Shown here piece by piece: positions 29,734-39,687 of a DNA stretch of 64,000 bases. The stretch is from NCBI GenBank assembly GCA_030038355.1, contig JASHPB010000273.1:5183-69182 (forward strand), read 5' to 3'. Numbering within the stretch: the stretch's first letter is position 1; every line of letters starts with the position of its first letter. The translations under genes were made by a program, and so were the position numbers. The stretch comes from Candidatus Binataceae bacterium (GTDB lineage: Bacteria > Desulfobacterota > Binatia > Binatales > Binataceae). A model generated the notes under the pieces. It did no database searches and was not told the origin of the DNA. It saw only the letters and a program-made list of their open reading frames with translations.

Positions 29734-30960
29734 TCAATTCGCGGCGCGGCGGCGCTGCATCAGTAGATCGATATCGAACTTGAACATCTTCGCAGCATTG
29801 AGGCCAAGGATCTTCGCGCGATCCTCTTCGCTGAAGTCGCCCATCTGCCGTTCGATCGCTTGCGCCGAATGCGGCCAGCTGCCCTCATGATGCGGATAGT
29901 CATTGGACCAGAGGAAATTGTCGACCAGGCCGAACTCGGACGCGAGCGCGAGGCCCGCGCGATCCTCCTGGAACGCGACCCCGCCCTGCTCGCGGAAATA
30001 CTCGCTCGGCAGTTTCTTCAGCTTCGGATAGGCCCACATGTGATGCTTGCGATAAGCCTCGTCCATCGCCTGCAGCGACCATGGCACCCATCCAATTCCC
30101 GATTCGATAGCGGCGAATTTGATCTTCGGAAATCGCTCGAGCACTCCCGACGAGCACAACGCCGTAACTGGTTCGATCGCCTGCGTCAACGCGTGCGCGA
30201 CGTAGTTCATCACCGCGCCGCCTTCCTTGCTCGCAGCGCGCGGGTCGCGTCCCGTACCGACGTGGAATGTGACCGGCAAGCCCGTTTCCTCGATCAGCGA
30301 CCACATCGGGTCGTAAACGCCCATATTGTAATTCGGGTCGCGCGAGTCCTGCGAATTGAAAACGGGCTTGCAGGGAAGGGTGAGGCCGCGAAAGCCGAGT
30401 TTCGCGACGCGCTCGATCTCCTTGACCGACCCTTCGAGGTCAGCGGTCGCGAGCGTCGCCATCGGCGACATGAAATCGTTGTACGGCCCGTAGGTTTCCC
30501 AGGCCCAGTCGTTCCAGACCTTGCATTGCGCCTGCGCGAACAGTGCGTCCTGCGTCGCCCACATGAAAAGGCCCTTGTTGGGAAAAATCAGCTCTGCGTC
30601 GACACCGTCGCGCGCGCGATCCTTGAGCCGCTCGCCGATATCCGCGCCAGCCTGGTTGCGCGCCAGGTCTTCGCCTTCGAAGATACTGTCCTGCAGGCGG
30701 GTGCGTCGCAGCGTGTCGCTGATCACCCACCTGACGCCGTTCTCGTCGATTTCAATCCGCGGCAGCCGGCGCCGATAGTGCTCGTCGAGCCGCTTATGCC
30801 AAAGGTCAGCCGGTTCGTTGGCGTGGCAATCGCACGAGATCATCAGGTAGCGATTCAAATCATCGGGGCGCGCAGTGCGTCGCCATCCTTGATGCCCCGG
30901 CGTTTCGAGCCGCCACAGATTCGGGGGATTGATTTGCGTTTTCTGCTCGCTCATCGTCAC
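29734..30960 (-). CDS. Amidohydrolase-2 (TIM-barrel metal-dependent hydrolase) family protein
   Basis: 408 aa with ISCDCHANEP (HxH-type N-terminal metal motif), DAELIFPN, and WSNDYPHHEGSWPHS at the C-terminus. Confidence 0.88.
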   Translation of the reverse strand: MTMSEQKTQINPPNLWRLETPGHQGWRRTARPDDLNRYLMISCDCHANEPADLWHKRLDEHYRRRLPRIEIDENGVRWVISDTLRRTRLQDSIFEGEDLARNQAGADIGERLKDRARDGVDAELIFPNKGLFMWATQDALFAQAQCKVWNDWAWETYGPYNDFMSPMATLATADLEGSVKEIERVAKLGFRGLTLPCKPVFNSQDSRDPNYNMGVYDPMWSLIEETGLPVTFHVGTGRDPRAASKEGGAVMNYVAHALTQAIEPVTALCSSGVLERFPKIKFAAIESGIGWVPWSLQAMDEAYRKHHMWAYPKLKKLPSEYFREQGGVAFQEDRAGLALASEFGLVDNFLWSNDYPHHEGSWPHSAQAIERQMGDFSEEDRAKILGLNAAKMFKFDIDLLMQRRRAAN

Positions 30961-30990
30961 GCTCGCTCGCAGGATTCTGCCAACTTACTA

Positions 30991-31560
30991 TCACTGTGAT
31001 CGCCAACTTTGTATCGGAGCAAGCCGCGAGCTTTCACCGACGGAAAGAACGCGCGGCAGGATTGAAACGTCGCGCTGGCGCTTGCGCGATTTCGGACGTT
31101 CCCAGACAACGCCCGGATAACCCTTGAGCGGCACGAGCGGTTTGCCAGTATAGGCCCAATCTTGAAGCTCCTCGATGGCCAGATGGTAACGGGGCTCGCG
31201 CCCGGTACGGTGGCTGAATAGCGCCCGCGGGATATTGATCATGTGCCGCGAGCTCTTGCACTCATACAACAGCGGCGAACCGCATCGAGAACAGAAGCTT
31301 CGGCTCGATGCCGTCCTTGCGTCCTCGAAGCGAGTGATGCTCTTCCGGCCTTTGGCCACGCGTGCGTGCTTGCGCCAACACCCGATGTAGGTCGCATAGG
31401 CGGCGCCGTGGGCGCGACGGCTTGCTTCCGAATGATCGTTCCAGGCCCAGAAGGCGGGAAGGTCAATCTCCAGCTCGACTGCACCGCAAAGACAACTGCC
31501 AGATACGCGCCGGCCCCACAGCTTAGCGGCAGCGCGTTCCTTTCGGCTCTCGGATTTCAT
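30991..31560 (-). CDS. GFA (glutathione-dependent formaldehyde-activating / CENP-V-like) family protein
   Basis: GSCLCGAV...FCSRCGSPL zinc-binding Cys pattern. The start is ATG 31560 or upstream at 31611. Confidence 0.75.
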   Translation of the reverse strand: MKSESRKERAAAKLWGRRVSGSCLCGAVELEIDLPAFWAWNDHSEASRRAHGAAYATYIGCWRKHARVAKGRKSITRFEDARTASSRSFCSRCGSPLLYECKSSRHMINIPRALFSHRTGREPRYHLAIEELQDWAYTGKPLVPLKGYPGVVWERPKSRKRQRDVSILPRVLSVGESSRLAPIQSWRSQ

Positions 31561-31729
31561 TCTTAACCCCACGCGGAAGGTGGTTCCTGGCGAGAGCTTC
31601 ATGACTAACACAAGCAGAAGACGGTTTTCAGCGGCGGCGTATGCAACCGCCTCTTCGCCGATCGAGAGCGTGCGGCCGGGATTGAAGACCGCGCCCGCCA
31701 GATGGCGACGAGCGCGGTATGTTCACTTT

Positions 31730-32632
31730 TCAGCCTGCGATGAACGACAGGATGTCAGCGTTCAGCCGTTCGATGTGCGTCAGCATCAGGCCATGCGGAG
31801 CACCCTCGTACACGAGTAGCTTGCTTCCAGGAATCAGCGCCTGCGTGCGCCGTCCGCTGAGCTCGAGCGGGGCAGACATGTCGGACGTGCCATGGATGAC
31901 GAGCGTCGGCACCTTGATGCGCGGCAACTCGGTGCGGAAGTCAGTCTCGACCACGGCGCGGTTGCACTCGAGCACCGCGATCAGAGACGTCTGGAGCATC
32001 ATGTTCACACCCCATTGCAGGAGCTGGTCCGATGTATCAGGCATCACGAATGGCCGCGCGTTTTTTGCGAGCCATCCCGGGAAGTCCTTCAGCCACTCCA
32101 CGCGAAACGCCTCGAATATGCCGCCTGGCAATCCGTCCGGATTATCGGGCGTCCGGAGAGTGAACGGAGTCGTGGGCGCGAGCATCACGATTTTCGATAC
32201 GCGGCCGCTGCCGTGCCGGCCGATGTAGCGAACGATCTCGCCGGGACCCATCGAGTGCCCGATCATCGTGGCGTCCCGCAGATCGAGTTGCTCCATCAAC
32301 GCCGCGAGATCATCAGCGAGTGTGTCGTAATCGTAGCCGTGCGAGGGTTGAGTCGAGCGGCCGTGGCCGCGTCGATCGTAGCCGATGCATCGGTAGCCGG
32401 CCTTCACGAAGGGCGCCATCTGGTACTGCCACATGTCGCAATTCATTGCCCAGCTATTCACGAATACGATGGGCTTTCCGGTGCCCCAATCTTTGTAATA
32501 GAGCATCGTGCCGTCCGCGGTCGTGACGTAGGGCAGGCTCGCGGCGCGCGGCTTCGATGGACTCATTCGCGATTCAGGTCCCGCCGAAGTCGCCGCATCC
32601 GCCGAGTATTTGCTCGTTTCTGCTTTGTCCAT
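31730..32632 (-). CDS. Alpha/beta hydrolase (non-haem haloperoxidase/esterase-like)
   Basis: 300 aa with LYYKDWGTGKPIVFVNSW, YDRRGHGRS, GHSMGPGE elbow, and C-terminal GAPHG. Confidence 0.88.
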   Translation of the reverse strand: MDKAETSKYSADAATSAGPESRMSPSKPRAASLPYVTTADGTMLYYKDWGTGKPIVFVNSWAMNCDMWQYQMAPFVKAGYRCIGYDRRGHGRSTQPSHGYDYDTLADDLAALMEQLDLRDATMIGHSMGPGEIVRYIGRHGSGRVSKIVMLAPTTPFTLRTPDNPDGLPGGIFEAFRVEWLKDFPGWLAKNARPFVMPDTSDQLLQWGVNMMLQTSLIAVLECNRAVVETDFRTELPRIKVPTLVIHGTSDMSAPLELSGRRTQALIPGSKLLVYEGAPHGLMLTHIERLNADILSFIAG

Positions 32633-32656
32633 TGGAGTCCTCGCTGGCGAGTGTCG

Positions 32657-33037
32657 TTACTTCGTGGGCATGCCCGGTGCCTCGTCGACGAAGCCAGTGA
32701 CCGACTTGAAGCGCCCGTCGCTCGAGATGACGGCGAAGTCGGTGCCAACGAAGTGCTGCGGCGCTTCCTTGGTTCCGCCGACCTCCCATTGGAAGCGCAG
32801 GCGATCGCCGTACGCATCCACATCGTTCAAGAGTTTGAAGCGATAATTGGTCGAAAATCGCTCGTGCACCGCCGCCATCATCTTGCTGAGCTCCGCGTAG
32901 CCGTTGCCGCTCCGATGCGGATCGATGTAGGCGCCGTCTTCGGTCCAGGTCTTGGAGATGAGGTCGTGACGGCGCTTGGCGTCGCGCTCATTCCAGGCTG
33001 CGAGATAACTTTCAACCAGTTGATTCGCGTTGCTCAT
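32657..33037 (-). CDS. NTF2-like (SnoaL-type) protein
   Basis: 126 aa. The N-terminal LVESYLAAWNERD motif is typical of SnoaL-like folds. Confidence 0.7.
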   Translation of the reverse strand: MSNANQLVESYLAAWNERDAKRRHDLISKTWTEDGAYIDPHRSGNGYAELSKMMAAVHERFSTNYRFKLLNDVDAYGDRLRFQWEVGGTKEAPQHFVGTDFAVISSDGRFKSVTGFVDEAPGMPTK

Positions 33038-33282
33038 TTTCGTTCTCCTTCGTATTTCGGGCGGTCTCGGCCCGTGATGAGCGCATGATTATGGCCGCTT
33101 CGCGAGCTCATCAATTACCTTCGAGGTAACGGCGGGACGTTCGTCGCTGATTTGCCGACGTAGCGTAGGCATTGCCGCTGAAGGTGAAAATGATTCAAAC
33201 ACGGGCGTGCGCGGTGTTCGCACTCTTTCCGCGTTCTGCGGTAAGGTCGAAAAACCAATCGGGCGGGCGAGGAGAATTACTC

Positions 33283-34398
33283 ATGCACACCGGCTATGGA
33301 CTGGTAATTCAAAATCCCAACAACCAATTTCGCGACCACGACGTTTGGCGCAATGAAGTGCGGCTCGCCGAGATGGCCGAACCGCTCGGATTCGAATCGG
33401 TCTGGTGCGTCGAGCATCACTTCGACGACTACACGATGTGCCCCGACGTTCTGCAATTTCTCACCTACATGGCGGGCCGCACAAAAACGGCGCGGCTCGG
33501 CTCGGCGGTTGTAGTGCTCCCGTGGCACGATCCGATTCGCGTCGCCGAACAGGTATCGGTGCTCGACAATCTTTCGGGCGGCCGCATGATTCTCGGTCTC
33601 GGCCGCGGACTCGCGAGGATCGAGTACGAAGGTTTCCGGATCGATCAGAACGAGGGCCGCAACCTGTTCGTCGAATACGCTGAGCTCCTGATCAACGCGC
33701 TCGAGAAGGGTTACATGGAAGGCGGCCGCTTCACCAGGCAGCCGCGCCGCGAGATTCGGCCGTATCCGTTCAAATCATTCAAAGGCCGCACGTATGCTGC
33801 CGCTGTCTCACCGGAATCGATGCCGATCATGGCGAAGCTTGGAATCGGACTGATGGTCATTCCGCAGAAACCGTGGGAAGCGGTGAAGGAAGACTTCAAG
33901 GTTTATCACCAGGCGTGGAAGGAACATCACGGCTCGACACCTCCACCCAAGCCGATCAGCGGCGGCTTTATTTTCGTCGACGAGAACAAGGACCGCGCCG
34001 AAGAGCAGGCAACCAAGTGGCTCGCAGCGAACTACAAGTCAGTAATCAAGCACTACGAGATGACGTCGGAGAAGTTCGGTACGCATCGCGGCTACGAGTT
34101 CTACAGCAACATCACGAAGTTCATCGGCAAGCACGGCATCGATGGCGCCGCGGCCGGATTCGTCAACCTGATGCCGTGGGGAACGCCCGACCAGGTCCTG
34201 GAAAAGCTTGCCATGATACGCGATACGATCGACGCGAACGCGTTCCTTTTGAATTTCAGCTACGGCGGGATGCCCTACGACGAAGCCGAGCGCAATCTTA
34301 AGTGCTTCGTCAAGCACGTGCTGCCCGAGGTCAAGAAGTGGCAGACCGAGCCGCTGAACGAGCCGGCCGAGCTGCCGCTGCCGGCAGCGGCTGGCTGA
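33283..34398 (+). CDS. LLM-class flavin-dependent oxidoreductase
   Basis: VWCVEHHF, LDNLSGGRMILGLGRG. I prefer ATG 33283 (GAGGAGAATTACTCATG) over the ORF-track start at 33172. Confidence 0.88.
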   Translation: MHTGYGLVIQNPNNQFRDHDVWRNEVRLAEMAEPLGFESVWCVEHHFDDYTMCPDVLQFLTYMAGRTKTARLGSAVVVLPWHDPIRVAEQVSVLDNLSGGRMILGLGRGLARIEYEGFRIDQNEGRNLFVEYAELLINALEKGYMEGGRFTRQPRREIRPYPFKSFKGRTYAAAVSPESMPIMAKLGIGLMVIPQKPWEAVKEDFKVYHQAWKEHHGSTPPPKPISGGFIFVDENKDRAEEQATKWLAANYKSVIKHYEMTSEKFGTHRGYEFYSNITKFIGKHGIDGAAAGFVNLMPWGTPDQVLEKLAMIRDTIDANAFLLNFSYGGMPYDEAERNLKCFVKHVLPEVKKWQTEPLNEPAELPLPAAAG

Positions 34399-34473
34399 TG
34401 GCGCTGCGGACCTAACGCACTTGCGGCGATGACTGAGCGGCACCACCGCCTGGCGGCTCCAGGAGCGACGACG

Positions 34474-35700
34474 ATGAGCACCGAGCCTCCACGACACGTC
34501 CTCGACGGATACAAGGTTCTCGATTTCACCCAGATCGTGGCCGGTCCGACTTGCACCCTGATGATGGCCGAGATGGGCGCCGAGGTGATCAAGGTCGAAA
34601 TGGCGCCGGCTGGAGATCCGACGCGCGGTTCGCCGATGTTTCTTAACGGCCGCAGCGGCTACTTCGTGCAGCATAATCGCGGCAAGAAAGGGATCTGCGT
34701 CGACGTCAAAACGCCCGACGGGCGTCAGCTGATCGAGGGACTCATCGGCAAGGTGGACGTGGTCGTCGAGAACTTTGCGCCGGGAGTCATCGGGCGTCTC
34801 GGCTTCGATTATCCGAGGGTCAAGGAAATCAACCCGCGCGTGGTGATGTGCTCGATTTCCGCGTTCGGGCAGAAAGGCCCGCTCGCGCATGAGCCCGGCT
34901 TCGACTATCTCGGCGCGGCCTACGCCGGAATCGTGTCGATGGGTGGCGAGCGCGACGGCGCGCCGTACGTCATTATGAGCGCGATCGGCGACGTCAGTAC
35001 GGGAGCGCATGCGATGGGCGCAATTTGCGCCGCACTGCTCTACCGCGAGCGCGCGGGACTCGGCCAGTACCTTGATCTGTCTCTGCTCGATACCTACTTC
35101 CACTATCACGAGGCGGGCGTTGAGATTCTGAGCCTTAGTAAAGGTGAAATCAGTCCCACGCGATCGGGACTGCACTCCTGGTACGCGGTTCCCGCGGGAA
35201 TCTTCAAGGCGAAGAATCGCTACATCATTATCATCGCGCCGCTTGTCCATCAGTTCGCTGGCCTTTGCCGTGCGATGGGCCAGCCGGAGCTTGCCGACGA
35301 TCCGCGCTTCGTTACCAACGCGGATCGCCTCAAAAATCTTGGTGAACTGGTCGAGACCGTCGAGCGATGGTTGCAGTCGATGCCGAGCGACGACGCTTCG
35401 ATGGCGGCGCTCAAAGAAAATCGAGTGCCGCACGCTCCCGTGCTGTCGGTCGCCGAGGCGGTGAAGCATCCGCATCTCCGCGAGCGCGGAACAGTTCGCA
35501 CCGTGCGCGATCGCATTCTCGGCGAGTTTGACGTGCCGGGGTTCGCGCTGCGTTTCTCCGCCTTTCCGCAGCGCCTCGAGCTCGACGCGCCATTTCTCGG
35601 CGAGCACAATCGGGAAATATTGACCAGCTACCTGGGCTACGATGTTGCGCGGGTTAACGAGTTGGAAGAGCGGGGCGTACTGCGCAGCGGTCCGGCCTGA
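34474..35700 (+). CDS. CaiB/BaiF (class III) CoA-transferase
   Basis: LDGYKVLDFTQIVAGPTCTLMMAEMGAEVIKVE and VVENFAPGV. AGGAG lies 9 nt before ATG 34474. Confidence 0.88.
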   Translation: MSTEPPRHVLDGYKVLDFTQIVAGPTCTLMMAEMGAEVIKVEMAPAGDPTRGSPMFLNGRSGYFVQHNRGKKGICVDVKTPDGRQLIEGLIGKVDVVVENFAPGVIGRLGFDYPRVKEINPRVVMCSISAFGQKGPLAHEPGFDYLGAAYAGIVSMGGERDGAPYVIMSAIGDVSTGAHAMGAICAALLYRERAGLGQYLDLSLLDTYFHYHEAGVEILSLSKGEISPTRSGLHSWYAVPAGIFKAKNRYIIIIAPLVHQFAGLCRAMGQPELADDPRFVTNADRLKNLGELVETVERWLQSMPSDDASMAALKENRVPHAPVLSVAEAVKHPHLRERGTVRTVRDRILGEFDVPGFALRFSAFPQRLELDAPFLGEHNREILTSYLGYDVARVNELEERGVLRSGPA

Positions 35701-35764
35701 ACGATTGAGAAATGCGCTCAAGTTGATGAAGATCGAACTTGACTGAAGGACGGCAAATAAACTG

Positions 35765-36175
35765 ATGGAGATCGAAATCGATCACGTCGCGATGCCGGTC
35801 GCGGACATTGAGCGCTCGGTCGAGTTTTACCGCCGCGTGCTCGGAGCGCGTGCCGACGGCCTCGACAAATGGCGCGCCGGCAAATGGCCGATCGTCAGCA
35901 TCAGTTTCGGAAAACATCGATTCAATCTTCATCCCGCGACGAATGACTTTACGCTCAAGGCCGCGCATCCCGCGGTGGGTGGCGGCGACTACTGCTTCGT
36001 TTGGGACGGCACACCTCAATCGGCGGCTGAGCATCTGAGGAGTCAAGGAATCAAGATTATCGAGGGCCCAGTCCCACGTCTCGGCGGTCGCGGCAAAGGT
36101 GTGAGCGTGTATTTTCGCGATCCCGACGGGAACCTGCTCGAGCTAATCAGCTACGCAGCTGCGGCTGCAACCTGA
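35765..36175 (+). CDS. VOC (glyoxalase/bleomycin-resistance/dioxygenase) family protein
   Basis: 136 aa with IDHVAMPVADIERSVEFYRRVLG and VYFRDPDGNLLE. Confidence 0.85.
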   Translation: MEIEIDHVAMPVADIERSVEFYRRVLGARADGLDKWRAGKWPIVSISFGKHRFNLHPATNDFTLKAAHPAVGGGDYCFVWDGTPQSAAEHLRSQGIKIIEGPVPRLGGRGKGVSVYFRDPDGNLLELISYAAAAAT

Positions 36176-36202
36176 ATTCGACGCCGGGAAGAAAGGAACT
36201 CG

Positions 36203-38332
36203 ATGAGTTACGATCGCGCGCGGGCGAGGACGATTCTCGATCGCGCCAGAAACGAGGGGCGCTTGTCGCTCTCGCCGGACGACAGCGCTGCCATCTGCAC
36301 GGCCTATCAGATTCCGATTCCGCCGCAGGCGCTGGCATCGTCTCCAAGTGAGGCCGCGCGGCTCGCGAAAGAAATCGGCTACCCGGTCGCGTTGAAGATC
36401 GCGTCGCACGACATCCTGCACAAGAGCGACGCGGGAGGGGTGGCCTTGAATCTCGCCGACGCCAAGGCAGCCGAAGCGGCATACGAGAACCTCGTCAGCA
36501 GAGCCAGGGCTTACAGGAAAGACGCAAAAATCGACGGCGTACTTGTTCAGAAGATGGCGGGTGTGGGAGTCGAGCTAATCGTCGGCGCCCTCACCGATCC
36601 GAGCTTTGGCAAGCTCGTCGCATTCGGGGTCGGGGGAGTGATGGTCGAGCTGCTGAGCGACATCACCTTCCGGCTCGCGCCGGTGACGAGCGCCGAAGCG
36701 CGATCGATGTTTGATGAAATCCGCGGCAAGGAAATTCTCGCCGGCGTGCGCGGCGGTCCGGCGGCGAATCGAGAGGCGCTCGCGTCATTGATCGAAAGCG
36801 TCTCGCACCTGATCAGCGATTTTCCCGAGATCTCGGAAGTTGATTTGAACCCGGTCTTTGCGTCGCCTGGTGGCGCGATTGCAGCCGACGTCCGAATCCT
36901 GCTCGACTTCGTACCAGCGCTGGAGCGCTTTCGTCCCACGCGCCACGAGATCAAGCGCGCGATGAATCGAATCATGCGCCCCGAATCGATTGCGATCATT
37001 GGCGCCTCGGCGGAGGACGGCAAAATCGGCAATTCTGTCCTCAAGAACCTGGTGAACGGTGGTTACAAGGGGCGCATCCTGCCGATTCACCCGAGCCTCG
37101 ACGCAGTCTTGGGGATAAAGGCCTACAACAGCATCAAGGACGTTCCCGGCGATGTCGACGTTGCAGTATTCGCGATTCCCGCGCGGTTCGTCGCTAAGGT
37201 TTTGCCCGAGTGCGGCGAGAAGCGCGTTGCAGGCGCGGTGCTGATTCCGTCGGGATTTGCCGAAACCGGCAATGTCGACCTACAGCGTGAAGTGCTCGAG
37301 GCCGCGCGGCAGAACAACATCCGCTTGATGGGGCCGAATATCTACGGCTTCTACTATACGCCGATGAATCTCTGCGCGACGTTCTGCACGCCCTACGACG
37401 TGCGAGGCAAGGTCGCGCTGTCGTCGCAGAGCGGCGGAGTAGGGATGGCGATTCTCGGCTTCAGCCGCTCTTCGAAGATGGGAGTGTCAGCGATTGTAGG
37501 TCTGGGCAATAAGGCCGATCTCGATGAAGACGACCTCCTTACTTTCTTCGAGGATGATCCCGATACCGATGTCGTCGCGATGCATGTCGAGGACCTGAAG
37601 GACGGGCGCTCGTTCGCGGAAGTGGCCAAGCGCGTGTCGGCGAAGAAACCGGTGGTCGTGCTCAAGGCGGGGCGAACCTCCGCGGGCGCTCGCGCCGCAC
37701 GATCGCATACCGCAGCGCTCGCCGGCAACGATCGCATCTACGATGACATTCTCAAGCAGTCAGGAGTGGTGCGCGCGTATAGCCTGAATGAGATGCTCGA
37801 GTTCGCCCGCTGCCTCCCGCTGATGCCGGCGCCCAAGGGTGAGAACGTTCTTATTATCACCGGCGCCGGAGGTTCGGGCGTATTGCTCGCCGATGCCTGC
37901 GTTGACAACACGCTTACCTTGATGACGATGCCGGCCGATCTGGATCAGGCATTTCGCAAGTTCATTCCGCCGTTCGGTGCGGCGGGAAACCCCGTTGACA
38001 TCACGGGCGGTGAGCCTCCTACAACTTATCAAAATACTATTCGCTTGGGTCTCCAGGATTCGCGCGTGCACGCGCTCGTACTCGGCTATTGGCACACGAT
38101 TATCACGCCGCCAATGGTGTTTGCGCGGCTAGCCGCCGAAGTCGTTGAGGAACAGCGGCGCAAGGGCATCAATAAGCCCGTGGTTGCGTCGCTGGTCGGC
38201 GATATCGAAGTAGAGGAAGCTTGCGCTTATCTCTTCGAGCGGCGCATTCCAGCCTATCCTTATACGACCGAGAAGCCGGTCGCGGTGCTGGGCGCCAAGT
38301 ATCGATGGGCGCGTGGTGCGGGACTCATCTGA
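36203..38332 (+). CDS. ADP-forming acyl-CoA synthetase (acetate--CoA ligase family), beta(ATP-grasp)-alpha(CoA-binding/ligase) fusion
   Basis: 709 aa. The N-terminal ~230 aa are ATP-grasp-like (GYPVALKIASHDILHKSDAGGV...EVDLNPV). These are followed by the CoA-binding block IAIIGASAEDGKIGNSVLKNL, SQSGG, and phosphohistidine-loop SHTAALAG. Confidence 0.85.
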   Translation: MSYDRARARTILDRARNEGRLSLSPDDSAAICTAYQIPIPPQALASSPSEAARLAKEIGYPVALKIASHDILHKSDAGGVALNLADAKAAEAAYENLVSRARAYRKDAKIDGVLVQKMAGVGVELIVGALTDPSFGKLVAFGVGGVMVELLSDITFRLAPVTSAEARSMFDEIRGKEILAGVRGGPAANREALASLIESVSHLISDFPEISEVDLNPVFASPGGAIAADVRILLDFVPALERFRPTRHEIKRAMNRIMRPESIAIIGASAEDGKIGNSVLKNLVNGGYKGRILPIHPSLDAVLGIKAYNSIKDVPGDVDVAVFAIPARFVAKVLPECGEKRVAGAVLIPSGFAETGNVDLQREVLEAARQNNIRLMGPNIYGFYYTPMNLCATFCTPYDVRGKVALSSQSGGVGMAILGFSRSSKMGVSAIVGLGNKADLDEDDLLTFFEDDPDTDVVAMHVEDLKDGRSFAEVAKRVSAKKPVVVLKAGRTSAGARAARSHTAALAGNDRIYDDILKQSGVVRAYSLNEMLEFARCLPLMPAPKGENVLIITGAGGSGVLLADACVDNTLTLMTMPADLDQAFRKFIPPFGAAGNPVDITGGEPPTTYQNTIRLGLQDSRVHALVLGYWHTIITPPMVFARLAAEVVEEQRRKGINKPVVASLVGDIEVEEACAYLFERRIPAYPYTTEKPVAVLGAKYRWARGAGLI

Positions 38333-38337
38333 GAATC

Positions 38338-39096
38338 GTGGCGACGCCTCCGCAAAAGAAGGAAGCTCCAAAATCGCGAAAGACAGCTTCGTCCAAGGCG
38401 GCGACGCGTCAGTCTGCTCCCACACCAATCGATGATGGTTACGACCGCGCTCGGCTCAAGCTGATTCCTTGTTCGGATGATTTCTACCGTTCAGTGATCG
38501 AGATGCTGCCCTTCTCCACCGATGATCGATTTGATTTGCTCGATCTGGGCGCGGGCAGCGGACTCTTGTCGGCAATGATCGCAAATGAGTTCCCGAATGC
38601 GCATCTGACGCTCTTCGATCTCACACCAGAGATGCTGATGATCGCACGGCAGCGCCTGAAGCCGCTCGGCAAACGCGTGCGATTCGTAACCGCTCTTGCC
38701 GAAGGCGGACCTTCGAAGACCTATGACGCGGTGGTATCGTCGCTCGCGATCTATCACTTACCAGACAGCGGTAAGCGACACCTGTTTGCCGATATCTTCA
38801 AGTACCTGAGTCCCGGCGGCATGTTCATCAACGCCGATCAGGTAGCAGGCGAGACCCAGGCGCTCAATCAGCGCCTGCGCCAGATCTGGATGAAGCACGT
38901 ACGCGAGTCGAAAATCGCCGAGCGCGATCTTCAATCGGCGATTGAACGAATGGATCGCGACCTGCCCGCGACCGTAGGCCAGCAGCTCGCCTGGCTGCGC
39001 GAGACCGGCTTCGTAGAGGTTAGCTGCACATATAGAAACTTGATTTTCGCAGTGCTCTGCGGCAAGAAGCCCGCGAGCGCATCAGCACCCGCTTGA
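38338..39096 (+). CDS. Class I SAM-dependent methyltransferase with Lys/Pro/Ala-rich N-terminal tail
   Basis: Motif I LLDLGAGSGLL. Start uncertain: GTG 38338, just after the upstream stop, or ATG 38305. Confidence 0.75.
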   Translation: MATPPQKKEAPKSRKTASSKAATRQSAPTPIDDGYDRARLKLIPCSDDFYRSVIEMLPFSTDDRFDLLDLGAGSGLLSAMIANEFPNAHLTLFDLTPEMLMIARQRLKPLGKRVRFVTALAEGGPSKTYDAVVSSLAIYHLPDSGKRHLFADIFKYLSPGGMFINADQVAGETQALNQRLRQIWMKHVRESKIAERDLQSAIERMDRDLPATVGQQLAWLRETGFVEVSCTYRNLIFAVLCGKKPASASAPA

Positions 39097-39660
39097 CTAG
39101 AAACCACCACCACCTGGACAATTGCGCGCGAGCGTCAGCCGTGCAGATGACGATTTCTGCTGGCCCGCGGCATAGTTGTAACGGAACTTCACCTCATAAG
39201 TACCATTCATGCCGATAGGTCCCAGGTACTGAAGGGTGCGGCCCGCATTTAGATCCAGGTAGTACGGCGCTCCCGGGAAGCTCATCCCGGGCGCAGGATG
39301 CCGTGTCACGGTGACGCTGCCTTCGTTTCGTCTCCCTTGATAGTCGATGACCGCGACGACCAGACCGTCAGTATGGTAGCGGCTTGTAGGGCATCCTTCG
39401 GTGCCCGTGACTGTCGATCCGGGCGCATAGATTTTCGTACCCGGCGGTAGCTTTGCAAGCGAACCTCGGCTCGTAACCGACGAATCGACGAACGCAAACC
39501 CGAGGATGCGACCGGTCGGGGTATTAGCTTCATTCTGTATCTTCATGAACCCGGTGATATGCGGATTAGCAGGACCTTCCGCTCTGACCATTGGTGACAT
39601 CGCCCAAGTCAGAACAAATGCCGTCAGGCTTAGTGCGATGAACTTACTAATAATGGCCAT
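39097..39660 (-). CDS. Secreted hypothetical protein
   Basis: 187 aa. Signal peptide ...MSPMVRA-EG, then a coherent beta-rich sequence ending in PGGGGF. No family recognised. Its stop codon abuts the convergent gene's stop. Confidence 0.6.
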   Translation of the reverse strand: MAIISKFIALSLTAFVLTWAMSPMVRAEGPANPHITGFMKIQNEANTPTGRILGFAFVDSSVTSRGSLAKLPPGTKIYAPGSTVTGTEGCPTSRYHTDGLVVAVIDYQGRRNEGSVTVTRHPAPGMSFPGAPYYLDLNAGRTLQYLGPIGMNGTYEVKFRYNYAAGQQKSSSARLTLARNCPGGGGF

Positions 39661-39687
39661 CGATCTCCCCCGAACCGAAAGATTGCC

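Noticed and set aside
29860-30999. 379-aa plus-strand ORF
   Set aside because: It is fully antisense to the amidohydrolase gene 29734-30960, which has convincing motifs.
31892-33088. 398-aa plus-strand ORF
   Set aside because: It is antisense to the alpha/beta hydrolase (31730-32632) and the NTF2-like gene (32657-33037). The translation is low-complexity and Arg-rich.
34039-35721. 560-aa minus-strand ORF, the longest unexplained ORF in the track
   Set aside because: It lies antisense to the LLM (33283-34398) and CoA-transferase (34474-35700) genes, which have clear family motifs. Its translation is Arg/His-rich with no motifs, a typical shadow ORF of a GC-rich genome.
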